Assembly (NCBI GenBank): GCA_963676835.2
Contig: CAXXFF010000002.1
Coordinates: 1,792,001-1,856,000 of the forward strand
DNA from: Marispirochaeta sp.
GTDB taxonomy: Bacteria > Spirochaetota > Spirochaetia > JC444 > Marispirochaetaceae
Length of the DNA: 64,000 bases
Direction of reading: 5' to 3'
Numbering within the stretch: position 1 is the stretch's first letter; each line of letters begins with the position of its first letter. Both the position numbers and the translations under genes were made by a program. This document shows, piece by piece, positions 8,648-19,259 of this stretch. The notes beneath the pieces were generated by a model. The model was not told the DNA's origin, made no database searches, and saw nothing but the letters and a program-made list of their open reading frames with translations.

Positions 8648-10216
8648 ATGAAAAGAAATCCCGCGGAAAGGGATGCTCCGTGGATTATGGCCATTGATGC
8701 CGGCGGTTCCGGACTGCGGGCTGCAGCTGTCGGAAGGGACGGAAAATGCTTTAAACTGCTTCACCGCCCCCATACCGCCCTGCCGGGAAAAGACGGAGTG
8801 GTCGAGTATGATCCTGAGGCTCTCTGGGAGGGTGTGAAAGCAGTCTGCTGTGAGTTAACCGGCAGCACCGGCCTCGGTTCTTCACCCTCGGCAATCGGAA
8901 TAACCGTACAGCGGGCTACTTTCCTGCTTTTTGATCCTCATTCCGGCAGGGCAGAAACCAATCTCATCTCCTGGTCGGATGTCCGGGCTGCCGGAACCGC
9001 CGAAGCCATGAACCGTAATATTCTCTGGCGGGTTATCCGCTTCGGGGTGGGGATTCTTGCAAAGATTACCGGCAGTGCATTTTTCCGTACCGCTTCCATG
9101 CTGCGCTTTACCACGGTGCATGTTTCCTGCCGGCTTAAACATCTCCTGGACAGCACTCCCGGGCTGCGTAAAGAGTGCCGGGAAGGACGGCTGCGGCTGG
9201 CGACACTGGATACCTGGCTGCTGTACCGCATGACCGGCAGAAAGGTCTGGGCTACGGACAAGTCGAATGCTGCTGCAACATCTCTCTATAATCCTTTTGA
9301 TCTTAAATGGAACACTCTTTTCTGCCGGCTCTTCGGTATTCCCATGGAAATCCTTCCCCCGGTGAAGGATACGGTGGATGATTTCGGGCTCACCGATGCA
9401 GAAAGCTTTTGCGGTCTGAATACTCCGGTGTATGCCCTTGCGGGGGATCAGATGGCGGCCCTCTTCGGTCACCGCTGTTTTGACCCCGGTGAGGTAAAGG
9501 TTTCCAAGGGATCCGGTGGATTTGTCACCATAAATGTGGGCAAAAAACCCCGCTTCTCTCCACGGGGACTGTTCCCGCTCATTGCCTGGTCTATCCGGGG
9601 GGAGGTGACCTATATGCTGGAAGGGCAGGTCGCTTCCGTAGGAACCCTGATAGACTGGCTGTCAGGGACCCTGGGCTTTGCTTCCACCCCGGAAGAGCTC
9701 GACAGGCTGGCTGAGTCTGTCCCGGATTCCGGCGGTGTGGTTTTTCTTCCCACCCCTCTGGGAATCCGCTTTCCCTATTTTCGTTCCCGCATGCGCTGTG
9801 CTGTCTTCGGTCTTGGTCTGGACACCAGCAAGGGGGAAACTGCCCGGGCAATGTACGAGGGGATAGCCTTCAGAATCCGGGAGATTATCCGGGGCATCGA
9901 GAAGGATCTTAAGGTTTCGGTCAAGCAGATGAAGGTCGACGGCGGAGTCAGTCGCTCTGCAATCCTGGTTCGCCTTATCTCGGCAGCCTGCGGTATCCCG
10001 GTTCTCCGTTCGCCTGAGCCGGACCTGAGCAGTACAGGAGCTGCCCTGCTTGCGGGTATCGGGGCAGGCTGGTGGAGCGGAGAGGATGATCTGCGCAGTA
10101 TCTCCGGAGAGTACGAAACATTTTCATCCCCCAGGGAGGAAGAGTATATGGATCAGCAGTACCGGCGCTGGAAAAAAGCGGTCCATCTTGCACACCGCTT
10201 CAGCCGCGGTTTATAG
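8648..10216 (+). CDS. FGGY-family kinase, glycerol kinase-like (GK5-type)
   Basis: IDAGGSG, TLDTWLLY, ATDKSNA, GDQMAALFG, KVDGGVS motifs. Confidence 0.88.
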   Translation: MKRNPAERDAPWIMAIDAGGSGLRAAAVGRDGKCFKLLHRPHTALPGKDGVVEYDPEALWEGVKAVCCELTGSTGLGSSPSAIGITVQRATFLLFDPHSGRAETNLISWSDVRAAGTAEAMNRNILWRVIRFGVGILAKITGSAFFRTASMLRFTTVHVSCRLKHLLDSTPGLRKECREGRLRLATLDTWLLYRMTGRKVWATDKSNAAATSLYNPFDLKWNTLFCRLFGIPMEILPPVKDTVDDFGLTDAESFCGLNTPVYALAGDQMAALFGHRCFDPGEVKVSKGSGGFVTINVGKKPRFSPRGLFPLIAWSIRGEVTYMLEGQVASVGTLIDWLSGTLGFASTPEELDRLAESVPDSGGVVFLPTPLGIRFPYFRSRMRCAVFGLGLDTSKGETARAMYEGIAFRIREIIRGIEKDLKVSVKQMKVDGGVSRSAILVRLISAACGIPVLRSPEPDLSSTGAALLAGIGAGWWSGEDDLRSISGEYETFSSPREEEYMDQQYRRWKKAVHLAHRFSRGL

Positions 10217-10225
10217 TACAGGTAT

Positions 10226-10951
10226 ATGATACGGACGATTCTGGTTCTTTGCTTTGATCTTGCTGTAACTACCCTGGCTCTTCCCCTCGTGCTGATCGGG
10301 GGAGTCTTCAAGCTTTTTCGTCTTTATACTCTTGAGCGCTGGTATATTACCCCGCTTGCAGGTTTTTTCGGCTGGTTTTTCCTGGCAACCGCAGGTGCCG
10401 GGATTTCCGTTGAAGGAAAAGAGCACCTGAAAGGTCTAAAGGGAAAACCCCTCTGCGTAGTGGGTAATCATCAGGGAATCGCGGATATTCCCGTGGTGGT
10501 CCATGCGCTGCCGTTTTCCATCGGCTTTATTGCCAAGAAGTCGCTGACATATTTTCCCTGGGTCGGCATTTTAATGTGGATGATCCGCTGTGTACCCATC
10601 GACCGCTCCAGTCCCAGATCTTCTGTTAAAGCCATAGATAAAGGGGTCAGAAATATCCGCAACGGTTTTCCCATGCTGATCTTCCCCGAAGGCACCCGCA
10701 GCAAGGGCGGGGAAATGAAAAGCTTTAAAAAGGGGAGCCTTAAACTTGCAACCCGGGCGGAGGCTATCATTCTTCCGGTCAGTATCAACGGATCCTACCG
10801 CTTCTTCGAAGAAAAGGGACGGCTTGCCTCCGGAAAGGCATCGGTAACTTTTCATGCCCCTATCCATACAGCAGGTATGTCGAAAGAGGAGTTGGCGGGA
10901 CTCACTTCCCGGGTGGAAGAAGTTGTCCGGTCGGCGGTAGTTGCCGGTTAG
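10226..10951 (+). CDS. plsC: 1-acyl-sn-glycerol-3-phosphate acyltransferase
   Basis: NHQGIAD (NHxxxxD), IDR, FPEGTRS motifs. Confidence 0.93.
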   Translation: MIRTILVLCFDLAVTTLALPLVLIGGVFKLFRLYTLERWYITPLAGFFGWFFLATAGAGISVEGKEHLKGLKGKPLCVVGNHQGIADIPVVVHALPFSIGFIAKKSLTYFPWVGILMWMIRCVPIDRSSPRSSVKAIDKGVRNIRNGFPMLIFPEGTRSKGGEMKSFKKGSLKLATRAEAIILPVSINGSYRFFEEKGRLASGKASVTFHAPIHTAGMSKEELAGLTSRVEEVVRSAVVAG

Positions 10952-11014
10952 ATTTCCATTAAAACCGGTTATCCTTACTGGATGCCCCCTGCCGGACTGA
11001 AATAGAGTATCTCT

Positions 11015-12085
11015 ATGGATAAAGCCAGTCTGGATCAGGCCCTGTTCCTCATCAATCCAAGCCGGTTCCCCGGCTATACCCGCAGGCTCAAGAGAATCCT
11101 TAAAACCTTGTCTGCTCCCAATGTACGTGAATGCCGCAGCGCGGAAGAATTTACCGCGGCTGTACAAAATTTCGCTGCAGGTGATCTCCGTTTTCTGCTT
11201 ATCTGGGGCGGTGACGGCACTGCCAATCTTGCCATAAATGCCTATATGAACAGCCCGGTAAAAAAGAGCAGCTATCAGGCTCTCGGTTTTCTCCGGGGCG
11301 GCAGCGGCAACGGCATTCAGGACTCCTATGAAGTTCCTGTGGGAATCTCCGCCCAGGTTGAATCCTACCGTGAGGGGATCCGGCACGGCTATATCCAGCC
11401 GGTGGATCTTATCAATGTCAGCGACGGGAGCAGCTCAACCTATTGTCAGCTTCTGGGTACAGGCATTGATTCCCGGGTTCTTGAATACCGGGAAGGTTCC
11501 GGCGGCGGTCGCCCGGGGATGCTGAATTACTTTCTTGCCATAGGCCGTACGGTTTTCCGGGACTTTCACCGGCTACGCTGCAGAAAAACCCTGGTAATGC
11601 AAAGGGGAAAGTACGCCTTCAAGGGTACTCGAACCAATGCGGAGTTTCCCTTTGAAGAGTTTCGAAGAACCACCAGATCTCCCCTGATCGAGTTCGGAAC
11701 CCGGCCCTATTATGCTAAAATGTTTAAAATTGCCCCGGATGTGGTCTGTAATGACGGGGCCTTCGATGTCTACAATTACAATTTTCAGCGCCGCAGTGCC
11801 ATGGTGTTCAATATCGTATCCATCTGGAACGGCTGGCACAGCCGGATCAACCGGCAGCAGGCCCGCAAAGAACGGCCGGTGATTGAACGGTATGAGGTTT
11901 CCCGGGCGGAGATTGAGATGGATCAGCCTTTTTCCTATCATCTGGACGGAGAACTTCAGCGCTGTACTACACCTGCAGAAGATGGAGTTTACCGTATAAA
12001 AGCTGAGATAGTCCCGTCCTCGGTCAATTTCATTGTTCCCGGTAGTTTTTACCGCAAGTTTCATCCGTTTACAGAGAAGTCCTGA
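11015..12085 (+). CDS. Diacylglycerol/lipid kinase family protein
   Basis: INP, GGDGT, GGSGNG and LDGE motifs. Confidence 0.88.
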   Translation: MDKASLDQALFLINPSRFPGYTRRLKRILKTLSAPNVRECRSAEEFTAAVQNFAAGDLRFLLIWGGDGTANLAINAYMNSPVKKSSYQALGFLRGGSGNGIQDSYEVPVGISAQVESYREGIRHGYIQPVDLINVSDGSSSTYCQLLGTGIDSRVLEYREGSGGGRPGMLNYFLAIGRTVFRDFHRLRCRKTLVMQRGKYAFKGTRTNAEFPFEEFRRTTRSPLIEFGTRPYYAKMFKIAPDVVCNDGAFDVYNYNFQRRSAMVFNIVSIWNGWHSRINRQQARKERPVIERYEVSRAEIEMDQPFSYHLDGELQRCTTPAEDGVYRIKAEIVPSSVNFIVPGSFYRKFHPFTEKS

Positions 12086-13067
12086 GGAAAGCCCTGTATC
12101 TCTTTATGAGTTTATCCAGGAGCAGATCCTTTTTCTGATCCACCACTTTTGCTGCCGGATGAGCTTCAAACCAGGCGATTGATCTGCGGATACCCTGTGA
12201 GAAGGAAATCTGCGGTTTGACTCCCGGTGCGAAACGGCGGATTTTACTGTTGTCAAAGAGTACACTCCACCGTTTATCCCCCTGCAGTCCCGGGTAGAAC
12301 TCCGGAGCCTGCCGCCTGATATATTCCATGGGCAGATGCACAATTTCAACTTCTCTCCCCAGGGCTTCCGCCAACTGAAGGTGAATCATATCCCAGGTGA
12401 GGCTTTCATCGGAGGTAATGTGAAAAGCTTCCCCCAATGCCTGTGTATTTCCCGGAAGAGAGCTGAAATATGCTGCAAAGTCATCTGCGTGGGTGAGTGT
12501 CCAGAGACTCTGTCCGTCACCGTGAACAGCCACCGGTTTCCCTTCAAGGATCCGCTTCGCTGCCGTGTAATCCCGGGAACCGAAGGAGGAGGGTATCCAT
12601 CTTTCGCTGTAGGTATGGGAAGGCCGGACGATGGTAAGCGGGAATCCGGTTTTCTCCCATGCTGCCATGAGCAGGTTTTCACATTCTATTTTTCCGGCGG
12701 AGTAGTCCCACCATGGGTTGTGAAGAGGGGTGGATTCAGTAATATGCGGGCTTAAGAGGGGTTTGTGATAAGCCGAAGCGGTACTGATAAATATATACTG
12801 GGCTGTCCGGTCCCTGAAGATACGAATATCACGCTTCACCTCCTCAGGATGGTAGGCGATAAAATTAATCACCGTATCGAAGGTTCTTCCCTCCACAGCC
12901 TTCTCAAGTTCTCCCGGTTTTTCTGTATCACATATAACTGTTTCCACCGCAAAAGGAGATGGGGTAATGCCCCGGGTTATATGGATTACTTCATTTCCCT
13001 GGTTCAGAAGCTCAGCAGTGCAGGCTGAAGAGATATTTCCCGTTCCGCCGATCATTAGAATCTTCAT
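12069..13067 (-). CDS. NAD-dependent epimerase/dehydratase (extended SDR)
   Basis: GGTGNIS, YSAGK (YxxxK), IVRPSHTY. Confidence 0.9.
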   Translation of the reverse strand: MKILMIGGTGNISSACTAELLNQGNEVIHITRGITPSPFAVETVICDTEKPGELEKAVEGRTFDTVINFIAYHPEEVKRDIRIFRDRTAQYIFISTASAYHKPLLSPHITESTPLHNPWWDYSAGKIECENLLMAAWEKTGFPLTIVRPSHTYSERWIPSSFGSRDYTAAKRILEGKPVAVHGDGQSLWTLTHADDFAAYFSSLPGNTQALGEAFHITSDESLTWDMIHLQLAEALGREVEIVHLPMEYIRRQAPEFYPGLQGDKRWSVLFDNSKIRRFAPGVKPQISFSQGIRRSIAWFEAHPAAKVVDQKKDLLLDKLIKRYRAFLRTSL

Positions 13068-13318
13068 TCTCCGTGCCTCCTCTCTTTTCCTGCCATTTTC
13101 TTCATGCTCCTTTTGTCCTGCCTCTTTCGTCCTGCCTCTTTCGTCCCATTCTCTATTTCTATTAGCTTATCTGGATCTCTTTAACACAGGGGGGAGCACG
13201 GCCGTAAGGGATTTTGACGGCATCAGCGCCTATATAATATCATAGTAGAGCTTTTGACCGTGAGAAAACGGAATGAAAGAGGGATATGGTACTGAAAGAT
13301 TATTCCTGGAATATTTCT

Positions 13319-14530
13319 TCAAGCAAGAAACTTGCGTACCTCTTCAAGTGCGGGAATCAGCTTGTCCAGCTCATCTCTGCGGGTATATATACCAAAGCTT
13401 GCCCTTAAGGAGCCGCTGATGCCGAAACGGCGGTGCAGAGGCTGAGCGCAGTGATGGCCCGACCGTAAGGCAAAGCCTTTCTTGTCCAGCATATAGGCTG
13501 CATCCAGATGATGAACCCCTTCAATATTAAAGGAGACTGCACCGCAGCATTCTCCTTCAGGAGCCGGGAGAAGATTAATCCAGGGCAGGCTGGAAAGGCT
13601 GGTTCTCAAGGTTCGGGTTAATTCCATTTCATGGGCACTGATTTCTTTTCTGTTGAAGCTGTCCAGATAATCCAGTGCTGCAGTTAGTCCTGCTGCCCCT
13701 GCAATATTGGGGGTGCCTGCTTCAAACTTCCAGGGCAGATCATTCCAGGTGGAACTCTGCAGCTCAACGGTATCAATCATATCGCCTCCTCCCTGCCAGG
13801 GAGGAAGCCGGTCCAGATACTCTTTTTTCCCATAGAGAACCCCGATACCGGTGGGGCCGTAGGTTTTATGGCCTGAGAATACCAGGAAATCGGCTTCCAG
13901 TTTCCGGACATCCGGAAACAGCCGGGGAACACTCTGGGCGGCATCAACCAGAACAGGGACTCCCAGTGAATGGGCAGCTTCAATAATCTCTTTCACCGGG
14001 TTGATGGTTCCCAGCACATTTGACAGGTGGCTCACCGCCACAATAGCAGTTGACGAGTCCAGTTTACGGCGGAAATCTTCAAGATCAAGACTTCCGTCAT
14101 CCATCACCGATACTGCCTGAAGCCGGGCTCCGGTACGGGAAGCCGCCAGCTGCCAGGGAACCAGGTTTGCATGATGTTCCATCCCGGTGACAAGGATCTT
14201 ACTGTCACTGGTGAGTAGCGCTTCCCTGAATCCCGCGGCCACAAGGTTGATTCCCTCGGTTGTTCCCCGGGTAAAAATTATCTCCTCTCTATAGGCTGCG
14301 TTGAGGAAGCCTTTTACCCGGTCCCGGGCCCCTTCATAGGCTTCCGTGGCGGCCTCGGCCAGCCGGTGTATTCCCCGGTGAACGTTGGCATTCTCTGCAC
14401 GGTAATAGCTGTCGATTCTGCTGATTACACTTTCCGGTTTCTGGGTAGTTGCCCCGCTGTCCAGGTAGACCAGCTCCGGGTTTGATGAGAGAAGAGGAAA
14501 ATCTGCAGCAATGTTATCTGCCTGATTCAT
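13319..14530 (-). CDS. sufS: Cysteine desulfurase SufS
   Basis: YLDSGATTQKP, FSGHK (PLP lysine), RSGHHCAQP. Confidence 0.96.
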   Translation of the reverse strand: MNQADNIAADFPLLSSNPELVYLDSGATTQKPESVISRIDSYYRAENANVHRGIHRLAEAATEAYEGARDRVKGFLNAAYREEIIFTRGTTEGINLVAAGFREALLTSDSKILVTGMEHHANLVPWQLAASRTGARLQAVSVMDDGSLDLEDFRRKLDSSTAIVAVSHLSNVLGTINPVKEIIEAAHSLGVPVLVDAAQSVPRLFPDVRKLEADFLVFSGHKTYGPTGIGVLYGKKEYLDRLPPWQGGGDMIDTVELQSSTWNDLPWKFEAGTPNIAGAAGLTAALDYLDSFNRKEISAHEMELTRTLRTSLSSLPWINLLPAPEGECCGAVSFNIEGVHHLDAAYMLDKKGFALRSGHHCAQPLHRRFGISGSLRASFGIYTRRDELDKLIPALEEVRKFLA

Positions 14531-14841
14531 GAATGTCCTTCAATATCAATATAGACCATTCCTGCTTCCACCTTTACCGGGTAGCTTCCCACCGCATCTG
14601 TAGCAGGAAAGGAGCGAACCTCTCCGCTTTTAATGCAGAACCGGGATCCATGCTTGGGACAGTAAACCTCTCCATCCCATATTTCCCCTTCGGAAAGGCG
14701 GGAGTACTCATGGGAACAGATGTCGTCCAGGGCGAATATTTCCTCATTCTGTTTAAAAAGAGCATAGGGGTGTCCTTCGATTTCAACCCGAGCGGAGGTT
14801 CTGAAATCGTTCTCGCCGGAAGCCTTGCGCCAGTCTGCCAT
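14527..14841 (-). CDS. Rieske-type [2Fe-2S] ferredoxin
   Basis: CSH...CPKHGSRF; start at ATG 14841 after GGAGG. Confidence 0.92.
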   Translation of the reverse strand: MADWRKASGENDFRTSARVEIEGHPYALFKQNEEIFALDDICSHEYSRLSEGEIWDGEVYCPKHGSRFCIKSGEVRSFPATDAVGSYPVKVEAGMVYIDIEGHS

Positions 14842-14845
14842 CGGC

Positions 14846-16006
14846 TTAAGTACCTCCTGCAAAGAGGGGGTGAGACTCCAGCCGGGTCCGTGCATTTTCC
14901 GCCACAGCCGGAGAGAGTCTTCCCAGGGCACCTTCAAAGAAACTCCACAGGAGGGTCTGTTCAGCCTCCTGTTTCGAGAATCCCCGGCTCTGAAGATAGA
15001 AGAGTTCCTCCGGATTCAGCTTGCCTGTGGTCGATCCATGGGTGCAGCGGACATCGTTGTTGAGAATCTGCAGGGAAGGTATGGAGTCAGCCCTGGCCCC
15101 GTCTGCGGTAAGCAGGTTTTTATTGGACAAATAAGCATCGGTTTTTGCTGCCCCCGGCTCAACCCGTATAAGCCCCTGAAAGACCGTTTGTCCTCCGGGA
15201 ATGAGCGCGCCTTTGTAGAGGCTGGTACTCTTCCCGCCGGGTAGCACATGGTCCTGCACGGGGCGCAGATTCTTGTGCTGCCCCGGTGCTGCAGCATAAA
15301 GTCCGGTAATACTTATTTCCGCGTTATAACCCATTGTTTTAAACACCGGGGCACTGACGCTTAAGGCGCTGCCAAGGTCTATTTCCGAAAATTCCAGCCG
15401 GGAATTTTCCGCTGCCTCGGCTGTATGGAAGAAGAAGCTCCGGGAGCTTCGGGAAAGATCCTGAATGACTGTTGCCTTTACACTGCTGCCTGCTTCAAGC
15501 TCCATGTGGAGGGACCCGGTGCAGAGGGTATTTTCTGTTTTTCCCTCTACTATCAGCACTATTTCAAAACTGCTCCCTTCTCCGGCGGTAATATGGCCGA
15601 AAACCGCCTGGTGAGTGCCTTCCGGACCGGAATTGAGACGGAGAATCAGAGGAGAATCCAAAACTTTCCCTTCCGGAACAGAGAGGGAGAACCCGCTGTT
15701 TACCCGGGTAAAATGGAATACCTCCACCTTATCTCTCCCGGCGAGGCCGGAATTTATAAGTACCTGCCGGCTGTTCTCTTCAAGCTCCGGAACACCCCTC
15801 CTGCTTGAGAGGGTCAGGCAATTGAGCATATCATCTTCGCCGGTGATTGATGGCAGAACTCCGAAGGGAAGGTATTCTGTAAAGTTGACTGTGGAGATAT
15901 CCGTCCGTCTCCAGTGTTCATCCCCCGGAGCGGGCCATTTCATGGAGTTATAGAACATGTTTAACCGGTCGCTTCCGGTTTTTATGCTGCCTCTTTCGTG
16001 TTTCAT
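14846..16006 (-). CDS. sufD: Fe-S cluster assembly protein SufD
   Basis: [32 protein letters not shown]. Confidence 0.92.
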   Translation of the reverse strand: MKHERGSIKTGSDRLNMFYNSMKWPAPGDEHWRRTDISTVNFTEYLPFGVLPSITGEDDMLNCLTLSSRRGVPELEENSRQVLINSGLAGRDKVEVFHFTRVNSGFSLSVPEGKVLDSPLILRLNSGPEGTHQAVFGHITAGEGSSFEIVLIVEGKTENTLCTGSLHMELEAGSSVKATVIQDLSRSSRSFFFHTAEAAENSRLEFSEIDLGSALSVSAPVFKTMGYNAEISITGLYAAAPGQHKNLRPVQDHVLPGGKSTSLYKGALIPGGQTVFQGLIRVEPGAAKTDAYLSNKNLLTADGARADSIPSLQILNNDVRCTHGSTTGKLNPEELFYLQSRGFSKQEAEQTLLWSFFEGALGRLSPAVAENARTRLESHPLFAGGT

Positions 16007-17403
16007 CCTACGGATCCCTCCATTTCGAGTTCAATCAGCCGGTTCAGCTCCACGGCGTATTCCATGGGCAGCTGTTTCACCAGGGGGTCCAGAAACCCGT
16101 TGACGATCAGTCCCGAGGCATCTTCTTCCGAAAAACCCCTGCTCTGCAGATAGAAGAGCTGGTCTTCACCGATGCGGCTTACCCGGGCTTCGTGCTCAAT
16201 GGAGACATCATCGGACTCAATCTCCATGTAGGGATAGGTGTTTGTTGAGCTTTCCTCATTCAGCAGCAGAGCATCACATACAACCCTGGATTTTACGTTT
16301 TTAAGTCCCGGAGCAACCTTGAGCAGCCCCCGGTAACTGGATATTCCCTTTCCCTTACTGATGGATTTCGAGGTAATGGTCGAGGAGGTGTTGTCCGCCA
16401 TATGGACCATTTTTCCTCCGGTATCCTGCTCCTGACCGTCCCCGGCAAAGGCGATGGAAAGAACCTCTCCATGGGCGCCTTCACCCATAAGGTAGACCGA
16501 CGGGTATTTCATGGTTCGTTTGGAGCCGATATTTCCATCCACCCATTCAACCGTGGCATTTTCCCGGGCAACCGCCCGTTTTGTAACCAGGTTATAGACA
16601 TCGGTGGACCAGTTCTGAATGGTTGAATAGCGTACCCTGGAACCGGGAAGGGCTATAATTTCCACCACCGCGCTGTGCAGGGAGTCTGTGGTGTATACCG
16701 GAGCAGTGCAGCCTTCAATGTAATGCACAAAGCTGCCTTCATCTGCAATAATGAGGGTTCGTTCAAACTGTCCGAAGTTTTCCATATTTATGCGGAAATA
16801 AGCCTGCAGGGGAATATCCACATGCACCCCCTTGGGAACATACACAAAGCTTCCGCCGGACCATACGGCAGAGTTAAGGGCGGCAAACTTGTTGTCTCCG
16901 TAGGGGATAATGGTGCCGAAATAGCGGCGTACCAGCTCGGGGTGCTCCCGGACGGCTGTTTCCGGATCGCAGAAAATTACCCCTTTTGCCTCAAGCTCTT
17001 TTTTCAGGTTGTGATAGACAACCTCGGAATCATACTGGGCCCCCACTCCTGCGAGGAATTTCTGCTCCGCCTCGGGGATGCCGATACGCTTGTAGGTTTC
17101 CCGGATTGATTCGGGCAGATCCTCCCAGCTGCGGCTCTGTTTGTCCGTTGAACGGGCATAGTAGATAATCTCATCAAAGTTGATCTCTTTCAGGTCTGCC
17201 CCCCAGTTGGGCATGGGTTTGCGGTAGAAGGCCTCAAGGGCACGGAGCCGGAAGTTGAGCATCCACTCAGGCTCCTCCTTCTGCCGGGATATTTCCCGTA
17301 CCACCTCTTCGTTAAGGCCCTTCCCGGTAGTGTAGAGGGACGAATCGGGGAAGCGGAAGCCGAAGCGGTAGTCCTCCATGGTCAGTTTCTGTTCATCAGC
17401 CAT
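16003..17403 (-). CDS. sufB: Fe-S cluster assembly protein SufB
   Basis: [31 protein letters not shown]; start ATG 17403 after GGAGG. Confidence 0.97.
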   Translation of the reverse strand: MADEQKLTMEDYRFGFRFPDSSLYTTGKGLNEEVVREISRQKEEPEWMLNFRLRALEAFYRKPMPNWGADLKEINFDEIIYYARSTDKQSRSWEDLPESIRETYKRIGIPEAEQKFLAGVGAQYDSEVVYHNLKKELEAKGVIFCDPETAVREHPELVRRYFGTIIPYGDNKFAALNSAVWSGGSFVYVPKGVHVDIPLQAYFRINMENFGQFERTLIIADEGSFVHYIEGCTAPVYTTDSLHSAVVEIIALPGSRVRYSTIQNWSTDVYNLVTKRAVARENATVEWVDGNIGSKRTMKYPSVYLMGEGAHGEVLSIAFAGDGQEQDTGGKMVHMADNTSSTITSKSISKGKGISSYRGLLKVAPGLKNVKSRVVCDALLLNEESSTNTYPYMEIESDDVSIEHEARVSRIGEDQLFYLQSRGFSEEDASGLIVNGFLDPLVKQLPMEYAVELNRLIELEMEGSVG

Positions 17404-18160
17404 GGGCGGCCTCCGTACCGTACTCCTTGCGGATCCAGTCGTAGCCCCTGGCTTCAAGTTCTGCTGCAAGGCTGCCGTCGCCGGAGAGCACAATCCGGCC
17501 GTCGTACATTACATGTACCTTGTCGGGTTTCAGGTACTGAAGAATCCGCTGATAGTGGGTAATAACCAGAGAGCAGAACTCAGCCCCTGCCTGTTTGTTT
17601 ACACCCCTGGCTACCACTTTCAAAGCATCTATATCCAGGCCGGAATCGGTTTCATCGAGAACGGCAAAAACCGGTTTCAGGGTGAGCATCTGGAGAATCT
17701 CCATGCGCTTTTTTTCGCCCCCCGAAAAACCTTCATTCAGATAGCGGTTGATAAAGTTCTGATCCATTTCGAGGAAATCCATGTTGCTCCGCAGCTCGCG
17801 GATAAAACTTGAAACCCGTTTTTTTTCGGCCGGGTCATTTCTCAGCTCAGCGGCCCGCTTCAGATATTTTCCCACCGTAAGTCCCGGGATTTCCACGGGA
17901 TACTGAAATGCCAGAAACAGCCCTGCAAGGGAGCGCTGATCCGGTTCAAGATCAAGCAGTTCTGCACCGTTGAGGCGTACGGAGCCTTCGGTAACAGTAA
18001 ATTTCGGATGACCCATGAGTACACTTGCCAAAGTGGATTTTCCGGAGCCGTTGGGGCCCATCAGGGCATGGGATTCTCCGGTATTCAGGGTAAGGTTTAT
18101 TCCTTTCAGTATCTGTTTTCCTTCAACTGTTGCGTGAAGGTTTTCAATCTTCAATTCCAT
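17396..18160 (-). CDS. sufC: Fe-S cluster assembly ATPase SufC
   Basis: [28 protein letters not shown]. Confidence 0.97.
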   Translation of the reverse strand: MELKIENLHATVEGKQILKGINLTLNTGESHALMGPNGSGKSTLASVLMGHPKFTVTEGSVRLNGAELLDLEPDQRSLAGLFLAFQYPVEIPGLTVGKYLKRAAELRNDPAEKKRVSSFIRELRSNMDFLEMDQNFINRYLNEGFSGGEKKRMEILQMLTLKPVFAVLDETDSGLDIDALKVVARGVNKQAGAEFCSLVITHYQRILQYLKPDKVHVMYDGRIVLSGDGSLAAELEARGYDWIRKEYGTEAAHG

Positions 18161-18182
18161 ATGTTCTCCTGCTGATATGGGG

Positions 18183-18485
18183 TTAAATAGGGTAACCGAG
18201 TTCAAGCCGGGCGGCTTCACTCATTCGCTCGATACCCCAGGGGGGATTCCATACAAGGGAGGCGCCTACCGCCATTCCTGTAGCCTCTCCGACGGTGTTT
18301 ACAATCTGCTCCTGGATATAATCCCCTACGGGGCATCCGGGATAGGTGAGGGTAAACTGTACCGATACGGATTCATCACTGTTCAGGTCGATCCCGTAGA
18401 TCAGACCGAGATCGACAATATTTATACCCAGTTCCGGGTCAATAACATCCATAAGTGCATCAAGGACTGTACTTTCGTGCACCAT
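18183..18485 (-). CDS. sufT: DUF59 metal-sulfur cluster assembly factor (SufT-like)
   Basis: DPELGINIVDLGLIY, TLTYPGCP, WNPPW. Confidence 0.9.
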   Translation of the reverse strand: MVHESTVLDALMDVIDPELGINIVDLGLIYGIDLNSDESVSVQFTLTYPGCPVGDYIQEQIVNTVGEATGMAVGASLVWNPPWGIERMSEAARLELGYPI

Positions 18486-18541
18486 TGCTCTTCTCCGTTC
18501 GCAGCTTAAAGCTGATAAAAATAGTCATAAAAAACAGGCTT

Positions 18542-18570
18542 AAATTACTCATATAAGGGCTTCCTGTCAA
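18542..18570 (-). promoter_or_regulatory. Sigma-70-like promoter of the suf operon
   Basis: TTGACA-N17-TAATTT on the minus strand, about 55 nt upstream of sufT. Confidence 0.6.
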
Positions 18571-18647
18571 ATGATTGTTTGCCGGGCCGATAAACGTATC
18601 AGGAATACATGCTATAGTTGATCATAAAGGTGTCCCAGGAGAGTTCC

Positions 18648-19250
18648 ATGGTAAAGAACAGTGTAATTATTGATGCCCATCCGGATGAGCGGTCCTTCAG
18701 CAGTGCCCTGGCAAAGGAGCTGGCTGCGGAAACAGAGGCTGCCGGGGGCAGGGCGGAAATTGTCAGGCTCTATGATGCGGGCTTTAACCCGGTGCTCTCC
18801 CTGGATGAGATGCAGCGCCGTTTCAGCTTTGATGAGGATGTTCAGGAGCAGCAGAACCTTATTCAGAATGCCCAGGTAATTATCTGGATTCATCCTGACT
18901 GGTGGGGCGGACTTCCGGCGCTTTTAAAAGGCTGGATCGACCGGGTTCTTGCTTCCGGTTTCGCCTTCAGCTTTGAAGAGCAGGAAGACGGGACCGTACG
19001 CAGAGTTCCTCTATTAAAAGGCAAGGCGGCACTTGCGGTTGTAACCAGCGATGCCGATGCATCGGAGCCGGTTCCCGCTGTTGATATCTGGCAGAAACGG
19101 GTTTTCGCCTACACCGGTCTGAATCCTGCGGAGGTACTTCTTTTTCCGGAAGTAAGAAGTTCGGACTTTCCGGTGCGAAAAGAGTTTATCCAGATCTGCC
19201 GGGAAACCCTGAGGGGTATAATTGCATCATCACCCGGGCAGGCTGAATAA
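18648..19250 (+). CDS. Flavodoxin-fold NAD(P)H-dependent (quinone) oxidoreductase
   Basis: AHP...SF, PDWWGGLPALLKGWIDRV. Confidence 0.9.
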   Translation: MVKNSVIIDAHPDERSFSSALAKELAAETEAAGGRAEIVRLYDAGFNPVLSLDEMQRRFSFDEDVQEQQNLIQNAQVIIWIHPDWWGGLPALLKGWIDRVLASGFAFSFEEQEDGTVRRVPLLKGKAALAVVTSDADASEPVPAVDIWQKRVFAYTGLNPAEVLLFPEVRSSDFPVRKEFIQICRETLRGIIASSPGQAE

Positions 19251-19259
19251 GGAGAATTT

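Noticed and set aside
13115..13146. 14-bp tandem repeat GTCCTGCCTCTTTC x2 in a pyrimidine-rich spacer
   Set aside because: It is short, has no spacers and is probably slippage; it is not CRISPR.
18507..18531. IscR/Rrf2-like site in the suf leader (AAAGCTGATAAAAATAGTCATAA)
   Set aside because: The position is plausible but the match is too degenerate to support without a matrix scan.
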